A stretch of 43,330 nucleotides of DNA from an uncultured Rhizobiaceae bacterium (GTDB lineage: Bacteria > Pseudomonadota > Alphaproteobacteria > UBA828), in contig CAZUVO010000005.1 in assembly GCA_964623955.1 (NCBI GenBank), positions 1-43,330 of the forward strand, in the 5' to 3' direction. Positions 34,652 through 43,165 of this stretch are shown here, in pieces. The position numbers were made by a program, and so were the translations under genes. Each line of letters begins with the position of its first letter. Position 1 is the first letter of the stretch. Under the pieces are notes generated by a model, which made no database searches, was not told where the DNA came from, and was given only the letters and a program-made list of their open reading frames with translations.

Positions 34652-36001
34652 ATGAATATCCTGATCCTCTCGGAAGATATTCCCTTCGAGACCGTTAAGC
34701 GCAAAGGGATATCGGCGGTAAATATTCAACTGTTCCTCATCGCGCGCGAATTATCCGAGTTGGGCAACAAGGTTGCTTTCTTGTCGCTGGAGCGAAATGA
34801 GAAAGCGAGCTCCGGCGATCGGTGCGCCGATCCGGATGTGATCGATGCCGGCAAGAGTGGCAAATTCGAAATTTTGCCGCCCCTCTATGTTGCCTCTCGC
34901 GACTCATCCGCCGAGCGGTCGAAATTCTTGGCGCGCCTCAAGCGCATAGTGATGGGCATTTTCGGAACGATTCCGGCGAAGGAATTTTATCCCTCAATTC
35001 AAATGGGAGGCGGCGTTACCCGGCGGGCGGACGAATTTGGCGCCGATGTCCTTCTCGCCTTTGTGAGCCCCCTTGCGGCCGGCGCCATGGCCACGGCGTC
35101 GAACTATCCGAAAATCATATTCCAGGGAAATCTCGATCACATAACCGATCGCCTGCGCCTCGATTTCGATTATCTGTTCGCCAAATCGCCCGCTTCTTCC
35201 GGTTGGCTGGGCATCCGTCCTCATCTGTCGCGCTACATTCGCGAAAAATATGTACAAAGATATGAGGCCTCCCACGGCCGGATATCCTTATGCGCCGATG
35301 CCGTGGCCAATACCGCGGCGTGCAACAATCGTTTCTATGAGGATATCGGCCACCCGCGAACGGTCTATGTCGGGACGACCTGGTCGGATCGTCCTCCGGT
35401 TTCGGTCGATCGGGAGACGGAAGTTGAGCGCGACGGTAGCGCTGAGCACCCCTATAAGATCATCGGCCATGTCGGCTTGCTGAATATGACGGCCTCCACC
35501 TTCGGTCTGGCCTATCTTCTGCAAGAGGTGATGCCGGCATTGCGCCGGGAAATGCAGGATCATAGATTCGAGGTCCATGTCATCGGCGACGGCGCGCCGG
35601 TCGAGCCGTTGCGGCCCTATTTAACGCAGGAAAACTTGCATGTTCGCGGATATGTCGAAGACCTCGATTCCGAGCTGCACGATTGCGATGTTTTTCTGTT
35701 CCTCAATAATGCCGGGCCGCTCAAGGCGATATTCAGCCGTCAAATCATGTCCTGGGCTATGGGACTGTGCCTGATCGCCCATGCGGGCAGCCGGGAAGCG
35801 CTGCCGGAGCTTGCCCATGGCGACAATGCCCTTATCGGGACGACACCGGATGAATTGGCGGAATTGGTAGCGCAGGCATGCCTCGACGGGGATTTGAATC
35901 GCAAGTTGCGGCAGGGCGGAAGGGCCACCTATGAAAATAATTTTTCGCCGACCGCGCTGTCCAAAAAATTGGTATCCATAATGGAAGAAGTTATTTCTTA
36001 G
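34652..36001 (+). CDS. GT-B-like glycosyltransferase (divergent)
   Basis: ATG 34652 within ORF 34568..36001. 'MNILILSEDIPFE...NIQLFLIARELSELGNKVAFLS', and a C-terminal region 'YKIIGHVG...FEVHVIGDG...DVFLFLNN...HGDNALIG'. Intermediate GC. No clean EX7E. Confidence 0.45.
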   Translation: MNILILSEDIPFETVKRKGISAVNIQLFLIARELSELGNKVAFLSLERNEKASSGDRCADPDVIDAGKSGKFEILPPLYVASRDSSAERSKFLARLKRIVMGIFGTIPAKEFYPSIQMGGGVTRRADEFGADVLLAFVSPLAAGAMATASNYPKIIFQGNLDHITDRLRLDFDYLFAKSPASSGWLGIRPHLSRYIREKYVQRYEASHGRISLCADAVANTAACNNRFYEDIGHPRTVYVGTTWSDRPPVSVDRETEVERDGSAEHPYKIIGHVGLLNMTASTFGLAYLLQEVMPALRREMQDHRFEVHVIGDGAPVEPLRPYLTQENLHVRGYVEDLDSELHDCDVFLFLNNAGPLKAIFSRQIMSWAMGLCLIAHAGSREALPELAHGDNALIGTTPDELAELVAQACLDGDLNRKLRQGGRATYENNFSPTALSKKLVSIMEEVIS

Positions 36002-36051
36002 CTCGACCGTACCATGGCTATCTGTCGCATAACCTGAAGAGAATCCGTTCC

Positions 36052-37125
36052 ATGTCATATCCCAATGTTTGGTTGCACGTTCTGAACAATGTGGCGGATC
36101 TGATCCGAAAGCCGGCCGGGGAGGCCGGCAACGAGAATTATTCCGTCGCCGCGACGGGCGCGCATGATGTTCTGTTTACCCGCAAATATCTTCGAAAGTA
36201 CGGTATTCAGACAATTTCAGACGAAGAAATGGCTACGCATATGTGTGCCGACACGGCCGAGTATCATCGGTCGAGCAGCAGACTCGCGGCACAAGTCCTC
36301 AAGGCCTATGGATATGACAGTTACGCCGATATCGATATTTACGACCGGGCCAAAATTGTTTGCGACTTGTCGGTACCCATATCGGATGAACATCATCAGA
36401 AATATGATCTCGTGATGGATATTACTTCCACTTACGTGACGAACATTATTCAATCGTACAGCAATACGTCCAGAATGACCAAAGTCGGGGGGACGAAGAT
36501 TGTCGTCACGACAATCGGCGATCACACAAATCGGTTCGAGTTAAATCCGTCGCCGAATTTCCTAGTGGATTTCCATTTGGGCAATGGATTTAGTTTTGCG
36601 CGTGGGTTCATGATCAATCCAAAAGGAACGATCCTGCCGTATCAACGCTTTGCGACTAAAGGAACGCCGGCATTTGTGCTGCTTCCGTTCGTCGATTGGT
36701 TTTTGACACTTCTGAAAACTTTAAACGCCGTGCGCATTATGCGTTCGACTATCAGAAAGGGCGAACGCATTGATTATCCTGCGCGGCAGGGAGACAGAGA
36801 ATTACCGCAGCCGGCCGAGGCAGCGAATTCAACTGACGTTGAAAAAGATTATATTGCTAGCCAGACCAATTCGGTTCCCGGATTGAGGGCAAAAACCAAG
36901 AATCATTTGAAGGCTGTTCTCGGAGATTCAATGTTCGCAAATTTTATCAGAGCGAACAGGAAATTCAGATATTTACGACGCGCCTTCCTGCACGATAATT
37001 TATGTCACGAATGGTACGCATATTTTGTATTTCATAAAATTTCCGAGGTGGATAACGCTTTCATTCACATAACTTCACACTATGAAGATCTCGATCAAAC
37101 TAAAGATAACGCCGGCAATAATTGA
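36052..37125 (+). CDS. Orphan protein, weakly methyltransferase-fold-like
   Basis: Long AT-rich ORF with a good coding look. 'YDSYADIDIYDRAKIVCDLSVPISDEHHQKYDLVMDITSTYVTNIIQSYSNTSRMTKVGGTKIVV' recalls MTase motifs II-IV, but no Gly-rich motif I is visible. Confidence 0.35.
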   Translation: MSYPNVWLHVLNNVADLIRKPAGEAGNENYSVAATGAHDVLFTRKYLRKYGIQTISDEEMATHMCADTAEYHRSSSRLAAQVLKAYGYDSYADIDIYDRAKIVCDLSVPISDEHHQKYDLVMDITSTYVTNIIQSYSNTSRMTKVGGTKIVVTTIGDHTNRFELNPSPNFLVDFHLGNGFSFARGFMINPKGTILPYQRFATKGTPAFVLLPFVDWFLTLLKTLNAVRIMRSTIRKGERIDYPARQGDRELPQPAEAANSTDVEKDYIASQTNSVPGLRAKTKNHLKAVLGDSMFANFIRANRKFRYLRRAFLHDNLCHEWYAYFVFHKISEVDNAFIHITSHYEDLDQTKDNAGNN

Positions 37126-37197
37126 TCCGACATTGCAAGAGTTTCTCTTCCAAATCATCGATAAATGAACAAAATGACTTCAATTGGTAATAAGTAA

Positions 37198-38559
37198 ATG
37201 TCAAGCGACGCCAGGACTTACTATTTTGAGCGTTTTACACCGCAGATTCTGGTGATCTCGGCGTTTGGGCCATTGTTAATCCCGAGTATGGGAGTTCGAA
37301 TAGACCAGCTGTTATTGTACGGTTTTTTGCCAATAGCGATTGGATTATTTTGTGTTGGCCGGAGATCTTTATTGTCGAAAACCACAATCTTATCGATTCT
37401 TTTCATTTTCGTTTTCATCACGGTCTGGACGCTCATTGTGACATTGGGAGGCGTGCCGGATCATGTCGGGGCATCTTATCGGACAATCGGAGATGAATTG
37501 GCATCATTTGAAAATTACCTTCAAACGATAGCTCTCATTATCGTATTGGGAGTTGCGGTAGATATTAAGAACGGACCGAAGAGTACATATCTTCTCGATA
37601 AAGTTGGATATATTTTAATCATATTTATGTGTTTAAATGCACTTGTCGCCATCAGTACTATCTTCTTTGGCCCTTCGGCTTTCGCCAAATACTTCGTGCC
37701 CGGTTATACGGGAAGTGGCGACACACCATTTGAATTGATCGCTAACAAAGGCAGGTTCACCGGAATTTTTGACGTTCCTTCGGCGGCGGGATCCGCCTAT
37801 ACAATTGCTCTAATTATTTGGGCATATCTGACTCGCAAATCAAAAATAGATTCAATTAAAAATTATATATTGGGAGGATTCTTAATCATAGGGGGAACAC
37901 TCACGATATCGAAAATATTTATTTTTGGCGGTATACCGCTGTTTATTATTTACTGGCTATTACCGGGCCGCATTAGTTCGCGCATGACATTGAAGCTTTT
38001 GGCTGTTCTGATCGCGGCCGTAGTAGCAGTAATTATTCTGGCCGAATTATGGATCGGACTTTCAACTATAGACGATCTGTTTGTAGCAAACGAAAACTAC
38101 AGACCGTCTGATTTATTATTTCATTTTATTCAAGCTCGCTACGGAACCGGAGAAAATGCATTAATTGGTGGACTCTTCTCCTATATTTGGGATGTGTCGC
38201 CCGTTCAAGGATTGGGATTTGCTTATTTAGGAGTCGCCGATAGTGCTTATCTGTTATATTTCATGGAAGGAGGCATGATCTCGCTCGTGCTTTATGGCGG
38301 TTTTATCGGTTTCGTAATTTTCCTCGGAGTGGAAGAGTGGTACCGCGGTAACGAAATCGGGCGATTGTTAGCGATCCTTGGTGGATTTGTGCTTCTGGCC
38401 GGAGTCGGAGCTCCGATCATAACGATGCCGCGGGTCGGTGTAATATTTTGGACAATAATAATTTTAGGATTGGCAGTGCGTGCGGAATCACATGCGCCGC
38501 GAAAACGAGACACTCCCCCTGCTATACAAATTGGAAACGCCAATAAGGCGCGTATATAA
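37198..38559 (+). CDS. Polytopic membrane protein, O-antigen polymerase/ligase-like (Wzy-type)
   Basis: At least 10 hydrophobic spans, e.g. 'ILVISAFGPLLIPSMGV', 'ILSILFIFVFITVWTLIVTL', 'GYILIIFMCLNALVAISTIFF', 'IFIFGGIPLFIIYWLL', 'LLAVLIAAVVAVIILAELWI', 'LLAILGGFVLLAGVGAPIIT'. AT-rich, as is typical for wzy. Confidence 0.6.
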   Translation: MSSDARTYYFERFTPQILVISAFGPLLIPSMGVRIDQLLLYGFLPIAIGLFCVGRRSLLSKTTILSILFIFVFITVWTLIVTLGGVPDHVGASYRTIGDELASFENYLQTIALIIVLGVAVDIKNGPKSTYLLDKVGYILIIFMCLNALVAISTIFFGPSAFAKYFVPGYTGSGDTPFELIANKGRFTGIFDVPSAAGSAYTIALIIWAYLTRKSKIDSIKNYILGGFLIIGGTLTISKIFIFGGIPLFIIYWLLPGRISSRMTLKLLAVLIAAVVAVIILAELWIGLSTIDDLFVANENYRPSDLLFHFIQARYGTGENALIGGLFSYIWDVSPVQGLGFAYLGVADSAYLLYFMEGGMISLVLYGGFIGFVIFLGVEEWYRGNEIGRLLAILGGFVLLAGVGAPIITMPRVGVIFWTIIILGLAVRAESHAPRKRDTPPAIQIGNANKARI

Positions 38560-38722
38560 ACATAATTACAGAATCAGAGATGTGTTTCTCTCGAACGACA
38601 CCGTGAAAGAGGGACTAAAACTCATATAACCACTGATAGAATCAGAGCGATAATCACGAAATTATTTGGAACCGGGTGTCGTTACGCAACGAGAAAAATC
38701 GGCATAGCTCTTTTGGATAATC

Positions 38723-39721
38723 CTAAGCGCGAGATGAACGACGTTTGATATTTACGATCAAAATGACGATCGCGTAGATGGCAAACGAAATTCCCAACCA
38801 GATGAGAGTTTGTTCCGGCATGAAAACCGTCAATATCCCACCGGCCGCGATGACCGACAATATGGCCGGCACCACGAAAGCGTGCGGCAAAAGCGTCGAC
38901 AGGTAATGATGAAAATGATTGTTGTCCGGTGTAAGCGGTGACACTCGCGTGGCGACGCGCATCAGGATAAGCCGCAAACAATCAAGAACCGGAAACAACA
39001 GCCAAACGACAATCGTATCGGCTTTGAGATTAGGCGTATGATTATAATTGTAAATAATCATCAGACCGAAAATGATAGATAGCGCATAGGCGCCGGAATC
39101 CCCAAGAAACAGTTTTTTGGCGAGGTTGAACCAAAACGTGACCGCCAATGCTGCGGCAAGGGTAATCAGATACCAATCCAACTCGCCAAGGTTGGTGAGG
39201 AGTAAAAGTATCGTCCAGATCAAGCCTTGTCCGATGGCCAGCCCGTCCATGCCGTCCGTCATATTGAAGGCGTAAACAAAGCCGACCGTGGCGACCATGG
39301 TAAAGGGCCAGGCCCACGATCCCAGGCTCAAGGAATAATGTTCCCAGGAGGAATGCAGAATTCCGATAATAAGCTGCGAGTCGCCGGAAAATACGCCGAG
39401 GCAGAGGGCGAAGGACAGGAACAGCCGTAGCGTCGGGCTTAAATCATGGCGGTCATCGGCGAAACCGATGAGGAAGGCGACCGCAATGGCAATGCTCAGC
39501 CTGACAAAGAAGCCCGAATCCCCATCGCTCATGGAGAGAAACAGCCCCATTCCCACCATGGGAACCGCTATCGCCAAACCACCGATCAAAGGCGTCGGTG
39601 CCTTGTGGCGTTTGCGCACGCCGTCCGGGACATCCATGATCCTGAGTTTCATGGCCAATGGCTTGGCCAGCAGGCAAATGGCGAGCGTTGCCAGAGCAGC
39701 GAGAATCGGCGCCACATACAT
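38723..39721 (-). CDS. Polyprenyl-phosphate HexNAc-1-phosphate transferase (MraY/WecA/WbpL family), initiating transferase
   Basis: 'VRKRHKAPTPLIGGLAI', 'FNMTDGMDGLAIGQGL', 'KKLFLGDSGAYALS'. Roughly 10 TM spans. Confidence 0.85.
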   Translation of the reverse strand: MYVAPILAALATLAICLLAKPLAMKLRIMDVPDGVRKRHKAPTPLIGGLAIAVPMVGMGLFLSMSDGDSGFFVRLSIAIAVAFLIGFADDRHDLSPTLRLFLSFALCLGVFSGDSQLIIGILHSSWEHYSLSLGSWAWPFTMVATVGFVYAFNMTDGMDGLAIGQGLIWTILLLLTNLGELDWYLITLAAALAVTFWFNLAKKLFLGDSGAYALSIIFGLMIIYNYNHTPNLKADTIVVWLLFPVLDCLRLILMRVATRVSPLTPDNNHFHHYLSTLLPHAFVVPAILSVIAAGGILTVFMPEQTLIWLGISFAIYAIVILIVNIKRRSSRA

Positions 39722-40129
39722 CGTCGCTACCTTGATACGATATTGCGGGTGGGTTTCGGGCTCACGGCAAATGCGCCAAATTTCAAAATCATCGGACTTA
39801 AATCACACTATATTCTTAGGGGCTTATGGGAACCCACACAAACTGTCCCTGATTAGTCTACAACATTATCGCAAAATCTTCCTACGGCGCCCATATTTCT
39901 ATGGCAAAGGAAGCGTGTTTCCTGGTACGGATTGCCGAGGCTTATAAACTCTTGATTGAAATGTATATCACAATACGCTCACAAGATGGCGATCCCCGGA
40001 CCCTTCCGCCGCTGGGATCCAGTATCTTGGTTTCCTTACTGCGGGAACATGATAAACTTGCACTTATGGGCTGTCCCATGGTTCCGTCGAAAAGCGCCGC
40101 ATTCCAAAGGCTAACGGTTACTAGGTAAA
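39722..40129. promoter_or_regulatory. 408-bp divergent intergenic region (wecA-family gene to the left, radical SAM gene to the right)
   Basis: Longest non-coding stretch in the window, AT-rich, and must hold both promoters. Contains a doubtful 75-codon ORF (39901-40128) ending 1 nt before the radical SAM ATG. Confidence 0.45.
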
Positions 40130-42253
40130 ATGACCATAAGAATCATACTGTGTGATCTTACCTACACCCAGCAAACCATATCATCCGATGTAATGCCGGC
40201 CGCAATCGGCAGTATCGCGGCTTATCTACAGGATAGTTTGGATGAGACGGTAGAAATAAAACTATTCAAGTACCCACAGGATCTTTCGAATTATCTGCAA
40301 ACAGCTAAAGCCGATGAATGGTCTATTAATATAGCGGGTTTCTCACACTATGTTTGGAATCGAAATTTATCATTGTCCTTCGCGAACATTATAAAGAAGA
40401 ATTTTGAAGATTCCGTAATTATTTTTGGCGGTCCTAATTTCCCCACGGATTTATCCGAACAGGAAGGATTCTTGAGGAAGAATCCGATTATTGACTTTCA
40501 TATCGTCAAGGAAGGAGAAAAGCCGTTCCGTCATCTCGTAGAAAATCTCATTAAATACGATTTTGATACGGAAAAGATTAGTGTCGACCAATCCAATTTA
40601 GTGTTTATCGATGGTGACGGATTATTCCAAGCAAGCGAAAAAGTCGAAAGAACATTGAATTTGGAGGAACTGCCCTCTCCCTATCTGTCCGGGTTGATGG
40701 ACGAGTTCTTTGACGGCAAGCTATTGCCTATCATTCAAACGAATCGGGGTTGCCCTTTCAAATGCACCTTCTGTACGGAAGGCATGAATCATTGGAACAA
40801 AGTCTATGCCAGCAGCCAAAACAAGATAGATAGCGAAATATACTATATATCTAAAAAAATGGTTTCCTTGGGCAGTTCCTCTCGGAGCGATTTGCATATC
40901 GCAGATTCAAATTTCGGAATGTACAAACAGGATGTGGATACTGCAAACACCTTGAGACAATCCCAGGACTTATATGATTATCCGCGCTACATAAATGTCG
41001 CGACAGGAAAAAACAAGAAGGAGCGCGTCTTAGAAGTCGCAAGAATTGTAAATGGCGCGATGAAATTAGCTGGATCCGTGCAAAGCCTGGATGAAACGGT
41101 ACTAAAGAATATTAAGCGATCGAATATTGGCGTTGACGAAATAATTGAATTGGGCAACAGCGCGGATCAGATTGGCGCGAACAGTTATAGCGAAGTTATT
41201 TTGGGGCTTCCGGGCGATACGTTAACGTCGCATTTCTCCACGATCGAGACACTCGTGGATGCTGGGTTTAATACAATTTGTATGTATCAATTTATGATAT
41301 TGCCGGGCACGGAATCGGGGTCTTTCGCGGCTCAGGAAGATTTTCAAATGGAAACGCGGTGGCGTTTGTTACCCCGTTGTTATGGCTATTTCGATGTTTT
41401 GGGTGATCAGGTAAATGTTGGCGAGGCGGAAGAAATCTGCGTCTCAACGAATAGTTTGAGCTTCGATGATTATTTAAACTGCCGAAAAATGAATTTAATT
41501 GTAAACGTATTCTATAATGATGGCGTTTTTCGGGAGCTTTTGAAATTTCTTAAATTAGAGGGAGTTTCAATTTGGGATTGGCTTCTCAGAATTTATCAAG
41601 GGATGGAAAAGCACAAACTATGGAATGCGACTCTAGAGAAATTCTTAGATGAGACAAAACAAGAATTATGGATGGATAAAGAGTCGCTGTTGGATAGCGT
41701 ACAGGATCGGGAGAATATCACCAAATATATTGAAGGGCAATTAGGTGGAAATCTCATGTTCAAATATAAGGGATTAAGTATGACCAATTGCCTGAGCGAC
41801 GTGGCCGATATCGCTCAGGAGGCGGCCATCGATGTCCTCAAGGAAACATCCCGTTGTACGCCCGATAAAGAGGCCTTTGTCGATGATATTGTGAATTATA
41901 ATTTGTGCCGGATGACCGATATCTTCGTCTTCGATCCGCAACCCACCAGTCATCGTTTTGATTTCGACATTAACAGGTTTTCCGAAGATGAATATCCGAA
42001 AGAAATTTCCGATTATCGCTATGCCGAGCCTCGGGAGATCCATTTCGAATTCGATGGTGAGCAGGTTAATGAGCTGCAGAATTACCAGAAATTATTTGGA
42101 ATATCCGAACATGGAATAAGCAGAATATTGTCCCGCGTCTATATTCGAAAAATGTTTAGACGGGCGCAGTCGGATGAAACGGGATCAGAGCAGGAAAGAT
42201 TTCTTTTGATCAAGGGGCAGGCAACATTGAGTGGTCTAAACGAGTTTGATTGA
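40130..42253 (+). CDS. B12-binding-domain radical SAM enzyme (class B-like), 707 aa
   Basis: N-terminal cobalamin-domain layout: 'IILCDLTY...IGSIAAYL...NIAGFSHYVWNRNLSLSFANIIKKNFEDSVIIFGGPNFP'. CxxxCxxC 'RGCPFKCTFC' at 40751-40774. Long C-terminal extension of about 300 aa. Very AT-rich. Confidence 0.85.
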   Translation: MTIRIILCDLTYTQQTISSDVMPAAIGSIAAYLQDSLDETVEIKLFKYPQDLSNYLQTAKADEWSINIAGFSHYVWNRNLSLSFANIIKKNFEDSVIIFGGPNFPTDLSEQEGFLRKNPIIDFHIVKEGEKPFRHLVENLIKYDFDTEKISVDQSNLVFIDGDGLFQASEKVERTLNLEELPSPYLSGLMDEFFDGKLLPIIQTNRGCPFKCTFCTEGMNHWNKVYASSQNKIDSEIYYISKKMVSLGSSSRSDLHIADSNFGMYKQDVDTANTLRQSQDLYDYPRYINVATGKNKKERVLEVARIVNGAMKLAGSVQSLDETVLKNIKRSNIGVDEIIELGNSADQIGANSYSEVILGLPGDTLTSHFSTIETLVDAGFNTICMYQFMILPGTESGSFAAQEDFQMETRWRLLPRCYGYFDVLGDQVNVGEAEEICVSTNSLSFDDYLNCRKMNLIVNVFYNDGVFRELLKFLKLEGVSIWDWLLRIYQGMEKHKLWNATLEKFLDETKQELWMDKESLLDSVQDRENITKYIEGQLGGNLMFKYKGLSMTNCLSDVADIAQEAAIDVLKETSRCTPDKEAFVDDIVNYNLCRMTDIFVFDPQPTSHRFDFDINRFSEDEYPKEISDYRYAEPREIHFEFDGEQVNELQNYQKLFGISEHGISRILSRVYIRKMFRRAQSDETGSEQERFLLIKGQATLSGLNEFD

Positions 42254-42399
42254 GCCACGGTTGGGACAACAAGCTGCGGACCGAGTTCCGTACCGGTCAA
42301 ATGGGACCGTGACAACCCAGTGGCCATTGATCCCATCGCCCAGGGACGCAAATACGGGAAAATTCCGGCCTTGACCGGCCCGTCACCACTTGATCGCCT

Positions 42400-43165
42400 C
42401 TAATCGCGTGTCTGGGACTCCGGCAATAGATTTTGGCTTCTCATCCAAGCGATCGTCTGCTCGACGCCATCCGCCAAATTTGCCGGAAGTGGGCCCGCCA
42501 CCGCCTCGATGGGCTCGAAGGGATATCGCCCGCCGTTCATCATATTGTTGAGGCGAAAACTCGTCAGATAGGGCTCCTTCCAGCCGAGTAGTTTCGCGAC
42601 GTCACCGCAGAGTGCCGCCGTTTTGAGAACCGGCATGGGAACCGACCATAGGGGCTTGCCGCCCACGGCTGTGCGAATCGTTTCGGCCCATTGCCGCGTG
42701 GTATGTTCGGGATAGTCGACGAGATAAAAGACTTTGCCGTGGACCTTTTCCGGCGGCGCCTGAAAAAGCTTATCCATCATATAGGCGCCATTGCCGACGA
42801 AGCAGGTCGGCTTAACGATATTTACTCCGCCCGGATGAAAATAGAGACCGCGAGCGACAAGCTGAAAAAAGTGAAGATAGCCTAATTCGAACCAAGGGCC
42901 CCAGGTGGAGGACGGGCGAAAGATGGACCAGGTGAAGGCGTCCCCGGCGGTGCTCCGGACGATCCGTACGCCTTCGGCCTTGCTCTCGCCATATATATTG
43001 TCCGGACAATATACATCATTCCGCGCGGGTATGTAGCCGTTGCTGCAAACCAGGGGAGATGAACCGAACAGAACGCGTTTCACGCTTGGCGTTTCTCTTG
43101 CGGCATGAACCGGCCAGGCCCCGAGAGATTGGCCTCGGGACGCAACTCGAATAGGAGCGCTCCCG
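42400..43165 (-). pseudogene. 5'-truncated NAD-dependent sugar epimerase/dehydratase remnant
   Basis: ORF 42400..43083 (GTG) begins inside the conserved core: 'KRVLFGSS...NIYGESKAEGVRIV...IFRPSSTWGPW...'. The N-terminal GxxGxxG Rossmann segment (about 90-100 aa) is absent. Weak in-frame similarity continues about 20 codons upstream without any start codon. An unrelated CDS ends at 43166. Confidence 0.55.

Noticed and set aside
42254-42399. Convergent spacer after the radical SAM gene, examined for an intrinsic terminator; small ORF 42139-42351(-).
   Set aside because: It holds only 4-5-bp self-complementary GC clusters and no U-tract. The 70-aa antisense ORF overlaps the radical SAM 3' end and has no coding features.
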